A stretch of 64,000 nt of DNA from an uncultured Acidimicrobiia bacterium (GCA_963786955.1 CAWBAT010000008.1:570783-634782), one strand, 5' to 3'; shown: positions 39,438 to 50,638, counted from the stretch's first letter. The notes: generated by a model from the letters alone, not told the origin. Program-made: numbers and translations.

Positions 39438-41327
39438 TCAGTCGCAGAAATTGTTAAAAACATGAAGAGATACCATGTTTGAACGGAGGTTCCCCACGTA
39501 AGCGACCACGCTAAAGCTGCCAGAGGTCCTTGTAATAATCCCAGCCGTACTTAAGTTCCCCTGGGCGTCGGTTTTGGCTCCTGGTGGAAGCACGATATCA
39601 GACGGCAAACCAGCCGAGTCCCCAACCAGGCGGATTAAGACGTTTGGTGGCGCATGGGAAATCTTTAAGCTCCAAGGGAAATGGTCGCAACCATTCTTAT
39701 CTTGTATGTCGATCACCAATGAGACTGGATCGGTCTGCTTCGAACTGGCCACAAAGGCGCCATCTCCAGTCCCGGTACCGGGTTGGCCTCCATCATTAAT
39801 CACCGCATACGTGAGAAAAGGATTCGATCCACTTGTTTGTATCACGTGAGCATAACCCTGAGAGGTAGGAAGACCTGATTTAGCCAGAATGCTTCCGATT
39901 TGAACCCATTGATGAGCCCCGACAAAGATCCCGTCGATCGTATGAACCTTTTGTCCGTTGCTGCCGTCAAAAAGATCAATTCGAAATATGTCCGCCCCGT
40001 TGCCATCTTCCCCCGTGTTGACCAGGGCAACATTGGACCGATTATCCGCATCCTGTTGGAGGTCGTAGAGCCAGGCATCGTTTGTGGAAGAAAGCCCCCA
40101 GGGGACCCCAGGGTAGTACACGCCATACCGGCCGCCAGAACTCGGGGCAGAGGTCCGTACACCCAAGAAGACATTGTCGAACAATAAATAATAAGGCAGT
40201 TGTTTAGAGCAATCGGGATCACCGCACCCGTCGACCGAAATAGTTCCCACATATGGCTGACCCGATGAACCGACATTCGACACGCCATGATCTCTGAGAT
40301 ATTGAACCAGGTCGGGAATGATGATTTGCTCCCCTACACCGATTGTGGTTAGTGGGAAACGATTTTGGTTGTCACGAAGGGTAATCAGCTTGGCAAAAGA
40401 TGACAAGTTCGTGACCACCAACTCGCTCGAAAAGGCGCCATTCTCGACAATCACCGGGAGAGTCCAGCTCCGGGAGCTTTGTGGCGCAATGGGCGGAATA
40501 AAGGAGCCATCGGAGCTATTTTGATCGTTAATCACCGCATAAGCATAATAGGGTGCAGAGCCTTCGACCTTCTCAATCCGAACATAGCCGTTGCTGAGTG
40601 ATAAACCAGGGTAGCGCAGGATGCCGGAAATCTGGTGCCATTCTCCGGGGGACAGTTTTATGTTTGTGAGGGAGAATGGGAGGGTTGGGGCCCGCTCACT
40701 TGGATTTCCCGCGAAAACAGATACGCTCAGAATGATATCGCCCTGATCCGGGCTGGCCATATTCTGAATGGCAACGTTAGAGCGGTCGGTGGCATTTTGG
40801 CGGAGACCAAACAAGTAGGAGATGTCATGCAGTCCTTCTGACTGATTGACGGCGGCGTAGGCCAGCCCGGCGCGCCCTCCCGGTTGAGGGGTAGTCGTCC
40901 GGACCGTAATCCCGAAATCTGAAGCAGACGCCAGATTGTGGACCTGAACCGAGAGGGTGCCACCCCGGTTTCCGGATTCGGGGATCGGCACGCCCAGTGA
41001 TTTTAAGTGAACAATTGCATCGGAGATGATTCGCTGCTGTCCGGCGGGCAGCGAGTCTAAGGCCACTCCGCTTCCGCCGCCAAAAGCGGCGGTGTAAGTG
41101 TAATCCAAAGTGACATCGGTAGCCCCCCGATTCGTGAGCGTCAGCTCAGATGTGAAGAAGGATCCGTTTTCGCCAGCGGAGGACAGGATAATGGGAACAA
41201 AGAGCTTGGTGTCCACTTGAGCAAGAAGTTTTGCTGGGGAAAACAGGCTTGTGATTGTGGATACTGAAAAATAGACAAATCTCAAAATTATCCGGGGTTT
41301 TCTTTGAAATAAATTGCTGTTGAACAT
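39438..41327 (-). CDS. Secreted protein with a tandemly duplicated beta domain
   Basis: AAGGAG RBS before ATG 41327; two copies of F.SEL..TN...GGR.G..Y...RSNVA..N...YAVIND...DG.F. Confidence 0.8.
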   Translation of the reverse strand: MFNSNLFQRKPRIILRFVYFSVSTITSLFSPAKLLAQVDTKLFVPIILSSAGENGSFFTSELTLTNRGATDVTLDYTYTAAFGGGSGVALDSLPAGQQRIISDAIVHLKSLGVPIPESGNRGGTLSVQVHNLASASDFGITVRTTTPQPGGRAGLAYAAVNQSEGLHDISYLFGLRQNATDRSNVAIQNMASPDQGDIILSVSVFAGNPSERAPTLPFSLTNIKLSPGEWHQISGILRYPGLSLSNGYVRIEKVEGSAPYYAYAVINDQNSSDGSFIPPIAPQSSRSWTLPVIVENGAFSSELVVTNLSSFAKLITLRDNQNRFPLTTIGVGEQIIIPDLVQYLRDHGVSNVGSSGQPYVGTISVDGCGDPDCSKQLPYYLLFDNVFLGVRTSAPSSGGRYGVYYPGVPWGLSSTNDAWLYDLQQDADNRSNVALVNTGEDGNGADIFRIDLFDGSNGQKVHTIDGIFVGAHQWVQIGSILAKSGLPTSQGYAHVIQTSGSNPFLTYAVINDGGQPGTGTGDGAFVASSKQTDPVSLVIDIQDKNGCDHFPWSLKISHAPPNVLIRLVGDSAGLPSDIVLPPGAKTDAQGNLSTAGIITRTSGSFSVVAYVGNLRSNMVSLHVFNNFCD

Positions 41328-41728
41328 GGGGCTCTCCTTGATTAGCTGCTTGTAATTAACTGGCGGAATTGGCTGTTTCAATTCTGGCTTTCTTGCGCTG
41401 AATTCGGCGCTAGATTGCCCATGAAATGAGGTGAAGTTAAGTGAGTTACCGTGAGTCACGGCAACCAAAGTATTGAGTGAACTGGGAATAGAAGAATTTC
41501 AAAGAGTGGTAGGAAGGGATTTTGTCCCCTTGATATCTCTGGGTGCGTGGGTTATCCTCTAATCCTCTTGACGCATCTGAATGTTTGGAGCATCCGCATC
41601 TTCGCCGAGGAAGGCTGTGTTTTTTTCACAATCTGGGTAGCAAGCCAGGCCTATGCAAAGTCAAAGGGTATACAATCGTTTTAATTGTTAGCGATGCACG
41701 GTAAACTTTCCTAGGGCCGGGTAGAGCA

Positions 41729-43750
41729 ATGAACCAAAAAATTGCTTCAGAAATGGACAAATCCAAGCGGGAGGGCGTGGTTACGCTTAAAACCCAGGAA
41801 GATGGCTCCACTGCTGAGGCTGTTCAGCTCGAACTGGAGAGGCTCTTAAAAAGTCCACTGTTTACCCGGTCTTTACGGCTCAGTCGTTTTCTGCGATTCA
41901 TCGTGGAAAAAACGCTGCGCAACGAGGGAGATAGTCTCAAAGAGTATACGCTGGCGATGGAGGTTTTTGACAAAGGCGAGACTTATGAGCCCAATGTGGA
42001 CACATTGGTCCGTGTTGAGGCGGGTCGACTCAGAAATAAACTACGAGAGTATTACGAGAGTGAAGGTCGTGATTCGGTCATCCGGATCGATTTACCCAAA
42101 GGAAGTTACGTCCCTGCCTTTCAGAGGCGTCAGCCTGCTGTTCCGGCTCCCACGAATTCCCCGATTGAAACCGCTTCGTCAGAAGTAAGCCGGCCCAATC
42201 TGATTCCGCCATTAACTGCAGAACCCGAAATCAATGTTGCCCCCATGCCCGATGCGGGATGGTATAGCCGAATCCGTCTACCACGAGCCGTGTTACTGGT
42301 GGCGGGTGGGGTAATCCTATTTCTGATTCTTTTCCTGGCCTCCAGTTATTGGCGCAACCAATTCATTCCGACTCCGGTCCAAGCCAAAATTCAGTCGATT
42401 ATCGTGACGCCGCTCGAGAATCTGTCTGGCGACCCCAATCAGGAGTATTTTGCGGATGGGATGACCTATGCCTTGCGTAGGAATCTGACCCAAATCAAGG
42501 GGCTCACGGTGATTCGATGGCCGAAAAAACCTTTACCCGAGGTGGTGCGTGAGTTGAATGCCGACTGGGTATTGGGAGGCGGCGTGGTGCTAACAGGGGA
42601 ACGGGTAAGGATTGACGCCCAGTTGATTGAACGAGCGACCGACCGGATCCTTTGGGCGACGAGCTACCAGCGGGACATGCAGAATATTCTGAGCCTACAA
42701 GACGATGTGACCCGAGATATCGCGACAGAGATTGCCGTCAAGTTGACTCCACAGGAGAAAGAGCGGCTGAGCAGGAACCGCCCTCAAGTCAGTCCGGAAT
42801 CGTATGAGGCCTACCTCAGGGGACGTTACTTCATGGAAAAATGGGAGGACGAAGGGTTTGAGAAAGCGGCCGAGTCCTTCCAGGAAGCGATTCGCCTTGA
42901 TCCGAAGAATGCCTTGGCTTATGCCGAATTGGCGAATACCTATGGGAGTATGGTCTTCCATATAAGTATCGCGCCTCTTATAGGGTGGCGCAAGGCCGAG
43001 GCAGCGGCAATGAAGGCAGTGGAACTGGATGATAGCTCTCCCGAAGCACACGTTGCCTTGGCCAATGTTAAGGCTTTTTTCCATTGCGATTCAATAGGCG
43101 CCAAGCGGGAGTATGAGCGAGCGTTTGAACTGAACCCTAATTCAGGAGAAGCTCTCAGATCTCATGCCTTTTTCTTGGCGGAAAACGGCCGATTTGAGGA
43201 AGCAATTGCGGAAAAGAAACGATCGTTATTGCTCGATCCACTCTCGCCTTTAGCCAATTCAGAGCTGGGAAATATTCTCATTGGGGCTAATCGTACGGAT
43301 GAAGCAATCCAGCAACTCCAGAAAACCGTCGAAATGGACCCGAATTTCTCAACGTCGCATAACCGGCTCGGGTTTGCTTACTTGGCGGCAGGAAAGTACG
43401 AGCAGGCCGCCCTGGAGATAAGAAAGGGCATAGAGATGGGTTTCATGCCTCGAAGATTCCAAGGTCTTGCCGCAGCATACCGCGAATCGGGAAAGCCACG
43501 GGATGCTCATCAGGTTCTTGCCGAATTGATCCAAATATCAAAACACCGCTATGTCCCACCTGACCTTATTGCACAAGTCTATGCAGAATTCGGAGAGAAG
43601 GAGCAAGCTCTGAAATGGCTAGAGAAAGCTTCGGAGGATGATATGCCTGATCTTTGGTCCTCGGAATTTGATGGTCTGCGTTCCAACCCACGATTTCAGA
43701 AGCTCGAGCAGCGTTTCAAATCTGTCAAACCTTGCTTTTGGAAGACCTAA
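41729..43750 (+). CDS. Membrane-anchored regulator: N-terminal winged-helix-like domain, TM, TolB-N-like domain, TPRs
   Basis: LKEYTLAMEVF...VRVEAGRLRNKLREYY...IDLPKGSYVP; TM helix; PLENLSGDPNQEYFADGMT; AYEAYLRGR-like segment; many TPRs. Confidence 0.85.
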   Translation: MNQKIASEMDKSKREGVVTLKTQEDGSTAEAVQLELERLLKSPLFTRSLRLSRFLRFIVEKTLRNEGDSLKEYTLAMEVFDKGETYEPNVDTLVRVEAGRLRNKLREYYESEGRDSVIRIDLPKGSYVPAFQRRQPAVPAPTNSPIETASSEVSRPNLIPPLTAEPEINVAPMPDAGWYSRIRLPRAVLLVAGGVILFLILFLASSYWRNQFIPTPVQAKIQSIIVTPLENLSGDPNQEYFADGMTYALRRNLTQIKGLTVIRWPKKPLPEVVRELNADWVLGGGVVLTGERVRIDAQLIERATDRILWATSYQRDMQNILSLQDDVTRDIATEIAVKLTPQEKERLSRNRPQVSPESYEAYLRGRYFMEKWEDEGFEKAAESFQEAIRLDPKNALAYAELANTYGSMVFHISIAPLIGWRKAEAAAMKAVELDDSSPEAHVALANVKAFFHCDSIGAKREYERAFELNPNSGEALRSHAFFLAENGRFEEAIAEKKRSLLLDPLSPLANSELGNILIGANRTDEAIQQLQKTVEMDPNFSTSHNRLGFAYLAAGKYEQAALEIRKGIEMGFMPRRFQGLAAAYRESGKPRDAHQVLAELIQISKHRYVPPDLIAQVYAEFGEKEQALKWLEKASEDDMPDLWSSEFDGLRSNPRFQKLEQRFKSVKPCFWKT

Positions 43751-43761
43751 TACCTTAGGAA

Positions 43762-46700
43762 ATGCGAATTATGGATTCTCGCCGGGTGACGTGCTCGGGC
43801 GGATGCTGCGTCGCGATACTATGCTGTGTACTTACGGTACATGCGCAGACCTTCACCGGCACAGTTGTTGGCCGTGTCACCGATGTCCGCCAGGCGGCGA
43901 TCGCAAACGCTCGTCTCACCCTTCGAAGCGTCGAGAGAGGATTCGAACGGTACACGGCCTCCAATCCACAAGGCGAATATGTCTTCCACCTAGTCCCTCC
44001 GGGCAAATACACCGTGAACGCGGAAGCCAGCGGCTTCGCAGACACGACCGTGAATGTCGAAGTTGTCGTGGCCACGCCACTGCGCGCTGACCTGATCCTT
44101 CGAATCCAAGCTCTTCAACAGGAACTTCAAATATTGGGAGAAAGTGGTGTCTCGGTTCAAACTGAAAACGCCAGCCTCGGTCGCACGATCAGTCCGATCG
44201 AAATGTCGGACCTTCCTTCCCTGACGCGCACTCCCTACGATTTTATGGCGATCATGCCGGGTGCGGTGCCTTCCAACGATCAATCCGGAGTGGGTTTTGC
44301 TGTAAACGGTGGGCGTACCCAAAGTGCGAACTACCTGCTCGATGGTGGCGAGAATAATGATGCGTTCAGTTTGGCGCCGGCGCAAGACGTTCCGCTGGAT
44401 TCCATTGAAGAATTCAGCGTCCAGACGAGTCACTTTAGCGCTGAGTACGGCCGCAACTCCGGGTTTATCGCCAACATCATTACGAAATCGGGAACGAACA
44501 ATTTTCATGGCTCTCTCTATGATTACAACCGGAACTCGGCCCTGGCAGCGAACACATTTGACAATAATGCCCACAGCCTTCCTCGCCCGGTATTTAACCG
44601 GAATCAATTCGGGGGTACCCTTGGCGGCCCGATCCGCAGCAAGAAACTTTTTTTCTTTGCTTCCATGGAACCAATCCTCGTACGCAGCAGCGGGCCCAAT
44701 TCTTTTTATGTGCCGACGCCTCAGTTGCTGGCGATCAGCGCTCCGGGAACGCAGGCCATATTCCAGCGCTACCCGCCCCCAACGAATTTATCCTCCACCG
44801 ATGTGCAGTTCCGAATGGTCTGCCCGTACGGTTTGATCTGTGATCAGCAGACACAAGCGGGACTCGTGAGACTTCCCGCTTTTGCATTTACTTCGCGCAC
44901 GGGCCCACAAGATGCTGGCGCAGGAGCTCCGCAGAATACGATTCTGGCGACAGGACGGCTGGATTGGGTGATCAACTCGAAGATGCAAGCCTTTGTGCGC
45001 TATGCCTTTTCGAATTCGGACACCTTTGCAACTGTTCAGCAGCCCTATTCAAGCCAACTGGACGTTCCCTTTTCTGGACGGAATCAAAATATCACCCTCA
45101 ATCTCATTCATACCTGGTCGCCACAGCTCGCTCTGGAATCTCGATTTGTATATAACCGAGTGTTCGGGGCTTCAGGAAGTAACTCAACCGTTCCAGATCC
45201 ACCCATCCCGGGTTTTTTCATCAATAATGAAGCTGTCGTTTTGCCCTTTGGAACTAGCTTCTATGGTGGGCCGGAGAATTTCTACCAGTTTTTTCAGACA
45301 GGAACTTGGGTACACAAGCACCACAACCTGAAATTCGGCGGCCAATATGTGCAACTGCGCGACAATCGCACTGAAGGGATCAGCCAAGTAGCCATCGCCA
45401 GGTTTCCGGATGCCCAGGGATTTGTCAACGGGGTTCTGGATGCCTACGAGATTGCCCTTAATCCTAAGGGACAGTTTCCGGGCGAATACGTTGCACCCCC
45501 GTTTGGGCCGCCCAGCTTTACACGCCATTTCCGTTACAACGAACCCTCCTTATTCATTCAAGATAGCTGGAAAGTCACACCACGTTTGACTCTGACGCCG
45601 GGTTTGCGCTGGGAGTATTTTGGGGTGCTTCACAGCCCGGGGGCAGAACATCCATTAGATTCAAACTTCTATATGGGGCCTGGTCGCAATGCGCTGGAGC
45701 AGATCGCCAATGGTCAGATACTCCGCACGATCGATGCACCGGGTGCACTGAACGGCCGATTCTATTTGCCGTCATACAGGAACTTCGCCCCACGACTTGG
45801 CGTGGCCTACGACCTGTTCGGAGATGGGAAGACAGTGCTCCGCTCGGGGATCGGAGTCTTCTATGACATGAGGGCGGGTTGGGATCTGTTTCGAGTGATG
45901 GTGAATCCGCCAAGCTACAGTCTGGCACTGCAGGGCAATGTTCCCGTCACGTCGGAGATACTCACCAACCAGTACTCAGCCTTTCCAAATGCTCCCATCC
46001 AGCTGAGTCAAAGCGATACGAAACCCATTGCCGTAAACCTACACACTGCCTACACAGTGTCTTGGAATTTGACGCTCGAACACGAGCTGGCAGGAAGTTA
46101 TGTGTTCGGGGCATCCTATTTGGGCTCAAGTGCCAGCCGGCTCTATTCCATAAACAACCTCAGCCGCATTGGGAGCGGGGGACTATTGAATCCGAGTTGT
46201 ATCACAACCCGGTTTGCAGCCGATGGCGTGACCCCTATCGGACCGGATTACACGAACTGCCCTGGCCTGAATCCCTATGTCTCGGACCTTATCATGCGGG
46301 GGAATGAAGGGCATTCGAGTTTCGAAGCGCTTCAGCTCCGATTAGACAGCCGGCGTCTCTCTCGCTGGGGATTTCAGTTCGGAGTCAATTACACCTGGAG
46401 CCATTCGATTGATAATCAGAGCACCAGTGCTGCTCCTAGCTCCATTGCGGACGTGGGGGTCGGATTCCTCAATGCTTTTGAACCCGGTCTTGATCGGGGA
46501 TCCTCGGACTTCGATGCGTGCCATCGCATGGCGGCTCACTGGATTTGGCAAATCCCTCTTGGTAGAAATTCTCCATCCTGGCAGGGGCGATACCTGATCG
46601 GGGGCTGGGAGATCAGCGGCATTACAAGTGTTCAAACAGGCCAGCCATTCACGATTGGCGATTCTGGGGTGCCTGATCTTGTTGTCGAAAGGACTCGGCC

Positions 46701-47142
46701 ACGCTTGACTGGCATGGCCCCTGCCGCCGGCGAGAGGGTTCCGGATGCGACCTCCCCCAACAGCTTTCTCTATGTTCCGCTCAATGTGGCCTATGATTCC
46801 AGTGGAGCCTGCCTCGCCAATGCGGCACCCTTTGCCTGCGAGATTTCCGTCAATGGACCGTTTGACGGCAATCTCCCCCGCAACACCTACCGAACGCCCG
46901 GGACGTACTATCAGAACACAGCTCTGCTCAAGAATTTCCCGCTGCCCAGAGAAGGGATGCAGCTTCAATTTCGCGCCGAGTTTTACAATCTGTTCAACCA
47001 TCCCAATTTGTATGTGAATGGCGGAACAAAAGACATCTACGCTCCGAGCTTCAACAGAAAGGATGGCCTGGCTGTTCCAGGCGTCACCACTACCTTTAGA
47101 GATAACCGGCAGATTGTCTTCGCGTTGAAATTCATTTTCTAG
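43762..47142 (+). CDS. TonB-dependent receptor, Oar-like (intact)
   Basis: NYLLDGGENND, EEFSVQT..FSAEYGR, TKSGTNNFHGS, RNQFGGTLGGP, NFAPRLGVAYD and QFRAEFYNLFNHPN motifs; terminal Phe. Confidence 0.95.
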   Translation: MRIMDSRRVTCSGGCCVAILCCVLTVHAQTFTGTVVGRVTDVRQAAIANARLTLRSVERGFERYTASNPQGEYVFHLVPPGKYTVNAEASGFADTTVNVEVVVATPLRADLILRIQALQQELQILGESGVSVQTENASLGRTISPIEMSDLPSLTRTPYDFMAIMPGAVPSNDQSGVGFAVNGGRTQSANYLLDGGENNDAFSLAPAQDVPLDSIEEFSVQTSHFSAEYGRNSGFIANIITKSGTNNFHGSLYDYNRNSALAANTFDNNAHSLPRPVFNRNQFGGTLGGPIRSKKLFFFASMEPILVRSSGPNSFYVPTPQLLAISAPGTQAIFQRYPPPTNLSSTDVQFRMVCPYGLICDQQTQAGLVRLPAFAFTSRTGPQDAGAGAPQNTILATGRLDWVINSKMQAFVRYAFSNSDTFATVQQPYSSQLDVPFSGRNQNITLNLIHTWSPQLALESRFVYNRVFGASGSNSTVPDPPIPGFFINNEAVVLPFGTSFYGGPENFYQFFQTGTWVHKHHNLKFGGQYVQLRDNRTEGISQVAIARFPDAQGFVNGVLDAYEIALNPKGQFPGEYVAPPFGPPSFTRHFRYNEPSLFIQDSWKVTPRLTLTPGLRWEYFGVLHSPGAEHPLDSNFYMGPGRNALEQIANGQILRTIDAPGALNGRFYLPSYRNFAPRLGVAYDLFGDGKTVLRSGIGVFYDMRAGWDLFRVMVNPPSYSLALQGNVPVTSEILTNQYSAFPNAPIQLSQSDTKPIAVNLHTAYTVSWNLTLEHELAGSYVFGASYLGSSASRLYSINNLSRIGSGGLLNPSCITTRFAADGVTPIGPDYTNCPGLNPYVSDLIMRGNEGHSSFEALQLRLDSRRLSRWGFQFGVNYTWSHSIDNQSTSAAPSSIADVGVGFLNAFEPGLDRGSSDFDACHRMAAHWIWQIPLGRNSPSWQGRYLIGGWEISGITSVQTGQPFTIGDSGVPDLVVERTRPRLTGMAPAAGERVPDATSPNSFLYVPLNVAYDSSGACLANAAPFACEISVNGPFDGNLPRNTYRTPGTYYQNTALLKNFPLPREGMQLQFRAEFYNLFNHPNLYVNGGTKDIYAPSFNRKDGLAVPGVTTTFRDNRQIVFALKFIF

Positions 47143-47152
47143 GAAAACGCTG

Positions 47153-47235
47153 GTACTCAGTTGCACTCGTTCGCGCGCATTTGTTGTAGCCGGGGCCGAG
47201 GGGCCCCGACAACAGGCCTGGAGGCCTGTTTCTAC
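47153..47235. repeat. REP element with GTACTCAGTTGCA end
   Basis: GTAGCCGGGGCC...GGCCCCG and ACAGGCCTGGAGGCCTGT hairpins. Confidence 0.6.
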
Positions 47236-47467
47236 TGTCTCGTGTGCCGACCGTCTACGCCTGTCGTGCGACGTTTCAAAGTGCTAGCCAAATGACCGTC
47301 GCCAGCGATCCAACCTCTAACACATGGGGAATAAGTCTATCTAAGCACAACACCGAGTTTGTCCGGAATAACACGAATTATAGCCTCGCGCTGGTCAAGA
47401 TGATTTGACGAATGGGAGGGAAAAAAACTAAAGTCTCCATGCTTGATAAAACCGAAAGAGGGTCAAT

Positions 47468-48775
47468 TTGAATCTGTTACGAACAAGCTGCTCATGCCTC
47501 AAACGGGCCCGGAATGCTTTAGCCGGTGTGACCTGTCTATTATTAAGTAGTGTCGTCGGAATCTTTGGCGGGATCCCATCCCTGATCGCTGCGGACGACT
47601 GGCCCCAGTTTCGCGGGCCGACAGGGCAGGGGATTTCTACTGCCACACACGTTCCGCTCGAATGGAGCTCCACCAAAAACGTTCAGTGGAAAAAAGAAAT
47701 TCCTGGCCGTGGCTGGTCTTCTCCGGCGCTTTCGATGGGGCGGATTTATTTGACGACGGCAGTTTCCCGGGAATCGGAGCCTGTGTCGCTCCGGGCTCTC
47801 GCGGTAGACGCGGCCAATGGAGAGATCTTGTGGAACGTCGAGGTATTCAGTTGGAGTAATCCTACCAAGGGGGCGCTGCACTCAAAGAACAGTCTGGCTA
47901 GCCCGACGCCCATTGTGCAGGGGGAACGAGTTTACGTTCACTTCGGGCATATGGGGACTGCGGCCCTCAGTCTTGACGGAAAGATTCTCTGGAGCCAGAG
48001 TGAATTGGGGTACGAGCCGGTTCACGGCAATGGTGGCAGCCCAGTCCTGGTTGGAATCTGGCTGATATTCAGTTGTGACGGAGGCCGAGACCCCTTTGTA
48101 GTTGCGCTGGATTCCATGAGTGGCAAGGTTCTTTGGAAAACGCCACGTAACACCCCAGCCCGAAAGACGTTCTCCTTCAGTACTCCTTTAGCGATCGAGG
48201 TGGATGGGATCCAGCAAATCATCAGTCCCGGCAGTGGTCTCGTGGCTGCCTACGACCCGACCGAAGGGCGCGAAATTTGGCGAGTCCGTTACGGAGAAGG
48301 CTATTCTGTTGTTCCCCGTCCGGTATATGCACAGGGACTGATCTTCATCAGCTCCGGGTACGATGCTCCAGAGCTCCTCGCTATCCGCACCGCTGGCGCC
48401 AAAGGGGATGTGACGGAATCCCATTTGGCTTGGAGCACCAAACGCGGGGCGCCCAACACTCCCTCCGTGCTCGTAGTAGACGACCTGGTCTATTTTGTCT
48501 CCGATGCCGGGATTGCCACGTGTGCGGACGCGAAGACTGGCAAAGTGCATTGGAACGAACGGCTAGGCGGGAATTTTTCAGCCTCGCCGGTCTTTGCCGA
48601 GGGCCGGATTTATTTTCAAAATGAGGATGGTGTCGGGTTCGTTGTCAAACATGGTCAGACTTTCGAACTCTTGGCAAAAAACGATCTCGAAGAGCAAACG
48701 CTTGCTTCATTCGCAGTCATTGATTCGAGGCTTTTCATTCGCTCGAAATCTCATTTGTGGTGCATCGGCCAATAA
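47468..48775 (+). CDS. PQQ-binding-like beta-propeller protein (BamB-like)
   Basis: DWPQFRGP.GQG, GWSSP and repeated D..G...W blades; the start codon is uncertain. Confidence 0.9.
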   Translation: MNLLRTSCSCLKRARNALAGVTCLLLSSVVGIFGGIPSLIAADDWPQFRGPTGQGISTATHVPLEWSSTKNVQWKKEIPGRGWSSPALSMGRIYLTTAVSRESEPVSLRALAVDAANGEILWNVEVFSWSNPTKGALHSKNSLASPTPIVQGERVYVHFGHMGTAALSLDGKILWSQSELGYEPVHGNGGSPVLVGIWLIFSCDGGRDPFVVALDSMSGKVLWKTPRNTPARKTFSFSTPLAIEVDGIQQIISPGSGLVAAYDPTEGREIWRVRYGEGYSVVPRPVYAQGLIFISSGYDAPELLAIRTAGAKGDVTESHLAWSTKRGAPNTPSVLVVDDLVYFVSDAGIATCADAKTGKVHWNERLGGNFSASPVFAEGRIYFQNEDGVGFVVKHGQTFELLAKNDLEEQTLASFAVIDSRLFIRSKSHLWCIGQ

Positions 48776-48799
48776 ATCAGCACTCCTCCCGGAAATTCG

Positions 48800-49104
48800 C
48801 ACCACAACCTTATGGTGCAGGCGTCCTCGCTTGTTCCCAAGCCGGCCTGAAAGGCCGCCACAATCTAGCCCAGGTAAGAGCGCAAGGGCAAGGCCCTGCA
48901 GCGCCGCCCTGGGTTGCGATCCCAATGAATTATCAGCGCCCTGAAAAGGGCCGCGACAATGTGGACGAGAGGTGTGTTGCACCCCTTCAGGGTGCCCTTT
49001 CGTGGGTGGCCTGTGACCCAGGGCGCCGCTCCGGGCTACGCCCTCCACTCTGCCCTGGGCTATTTTCTCTTGCCCTTTCAGGGCAGCGGAAATGTCCAAT
49101 CTCC
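48800..49104. repeat. REP/MITE composite
   Basis: CTGCCCTGGGCTATTTTCTCTTGCCCTTTCAGGGCA..GGAAATGTCCAAT is the inverted copy of 15159-15210; also holds a copy of the 19530 family. Confidence 0.8.
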
Positions 49105-49348
49105 TTGAACGTGCGCTGTGGAGGGCACGTCCATTCCGATCAAATTCAACTTGTGAGCCAGGACCCACTCAATTCCTTCCGCGGAAATAGTGATATTTCG
49201 CGCTCCTCATTCCTCATCTTCGCCGGCTCGTCTGGGTGTATACTCAATGGGGCTGTTGGGTCATGAGGAATACGCTGGTTAACGCTTTAGTTAGTTATTG
49301 AAATCATCTGCAGAAGAGATCCACGAATTGAACACATAAGGAGCGATT

Positions 49349-50638
49349 ATGAAGCTGGCTAAAGACCGTGCCAGACGGCAATTTCTGAAAAGCATGAGTG
49401 TGGGTGTCCCAGCGGCCGCGTTGCTCAGCGGCTCGACCATTGCACAAGAGAAACCTGGGTCTGCACGGGCCTATAAGAACGATCCCACCTCCGGCAAGGT
49501 GATCGATTTGGGTTCAGAGATTACCGGGGATGATGCGATTACTTTCCGCAGACACACACTGGATCTGGGCTGCTGCGAGACTGTGACCGTGGCAGACATC
49601 AATGGTGATGGACGGCTCGACATCGTTTCGGGAGAGAACTGGTACGAGCAAATTCAGCCAGAGCCTGGCCGTGGTCCACGCTTCATCAAACACAAGTTCC
49701 GGGAATTGAGCTATACCGATTATTACCTGGAAGACTTAAGTGACTTGGCGATAGACGTGAACGGGGATGGTTATCCGGACATCGTGTCCTGCTCCTATTG
49801 GTCGAAGCCCTTGAGTTGGTGGGAGAATCCCGGGAAAACCGGCGGGCCGTGGCGTGAGCACGTCATAGATACCGGGTCAGGCGTTGAATTTGTTTTCCTG
49901 GTGGACATTCTCAATACGGGTAAACCACTCCAACTTCTCCCGCAGTTTGGCAGCCCACGCACCCCGCTAGCATGGTATGAACTGGCCGGGAAGGGTGCGG
50001 CTGAGCCGTGGATCAAGCATGAAGTCAGCTCGATGAGCTGGGGGCATGGTATTGGCGCCGGAGACGTCAACGGCGACGGTCGTACGGATATCATCACGCC
50101 GAGAGGCTGGTTTGAGGCCCCGCCCGATCCGCGCAACGGGCAATGGATTTTTCACCCAGAGTTTAACTTAGGGGATACGGGCTTTATCTTTACCGAGGAT
50201 GTCAATCGCGATGGCCTGCCGGATCTGATCACAAGCTTGGGCCATGACTATGGAATTTTCTGGTACGAACAGAAAAAAGACGCTGCGGGGAACCGGAGTT
50301 GGGAAAAGCATCTCATCGATAACAGTTTTTCACAGGCACACGCCATGACACTGGTGGATCTCAACGGTGACGGCCGGCGAGACATTGTGACGGGAAAACG
50401 CTTCCATGCCCACATCCACGATCCTGGAGCCAACGAGCCTTTAGGTCTCTACTGGTATGAACCCTACGAGTCACCGGGGCGCTTGCAATGGCGGCGACAC
50501 ATCATTGATTACAGTACGCGAGCGGGGGGCGGAATGCAGATCCCGGTCGTTGATATTGATGGCGACGGCGACCTGGACATTGTCGTGGCTGGCAAGACCG
50601 GGCTCTATCTTTTTGAGAATCTGACCGTGTCGCGCTGA
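49349..50638 (+). CDS. FG-GAP/VCBS repeat protein with Tat signal
   Basis: RRQFLK motif; repeated D(I/V/L)NGDG..DI. Confidence 0.9.
   Translation: MKLAKDRARRQFLKSMSVGVPAAALLSGSTIAQEKPGSARAYKNDPTSGKVIDLGSEITGDDAITFRRHTLDLGCCETVTVADINGDGRLDIVSGENWYEQIQPEPGRGPRFIKHKFRELSYTDYYLEDLSDLAIDVNGDGYPDIVSCSYWSKPLSWWENPGKTGGPWREHVIDTGSGVEFVFLVDILNTGKPLQLLPQFGSPRTPLAWYELAGKGAAEPWIKHEVSSMSWGHGIGAGDVNGDGRTDIITPRGWFEAPPDPRNGQWIFHPEFNLGDTGFIFTEDVNRDGLPDLITSLGHDYGIFWYEQKKDAAGNRSWEKHLIDNSFSQAHAMTLVDLNGDGRRDIVTGKRFHAHIHDPGANEPLGLYWYEPYESPGRLQWRRHIIDYSTRAGGGMQIPVVDIDGDGDLDIVVAGKTGLYLFENLTVSR

Noticed and set aside
48594-49266. ORFs spanning repeat-rich spacers (also 3394-4539, 14911-15409, 19453-19944, 22126-22834, 38150-38716)
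   Set aside because: They are translations of GC-rich REP/MITE DNA that recur with the repeats and lack RBS or protein motifs.
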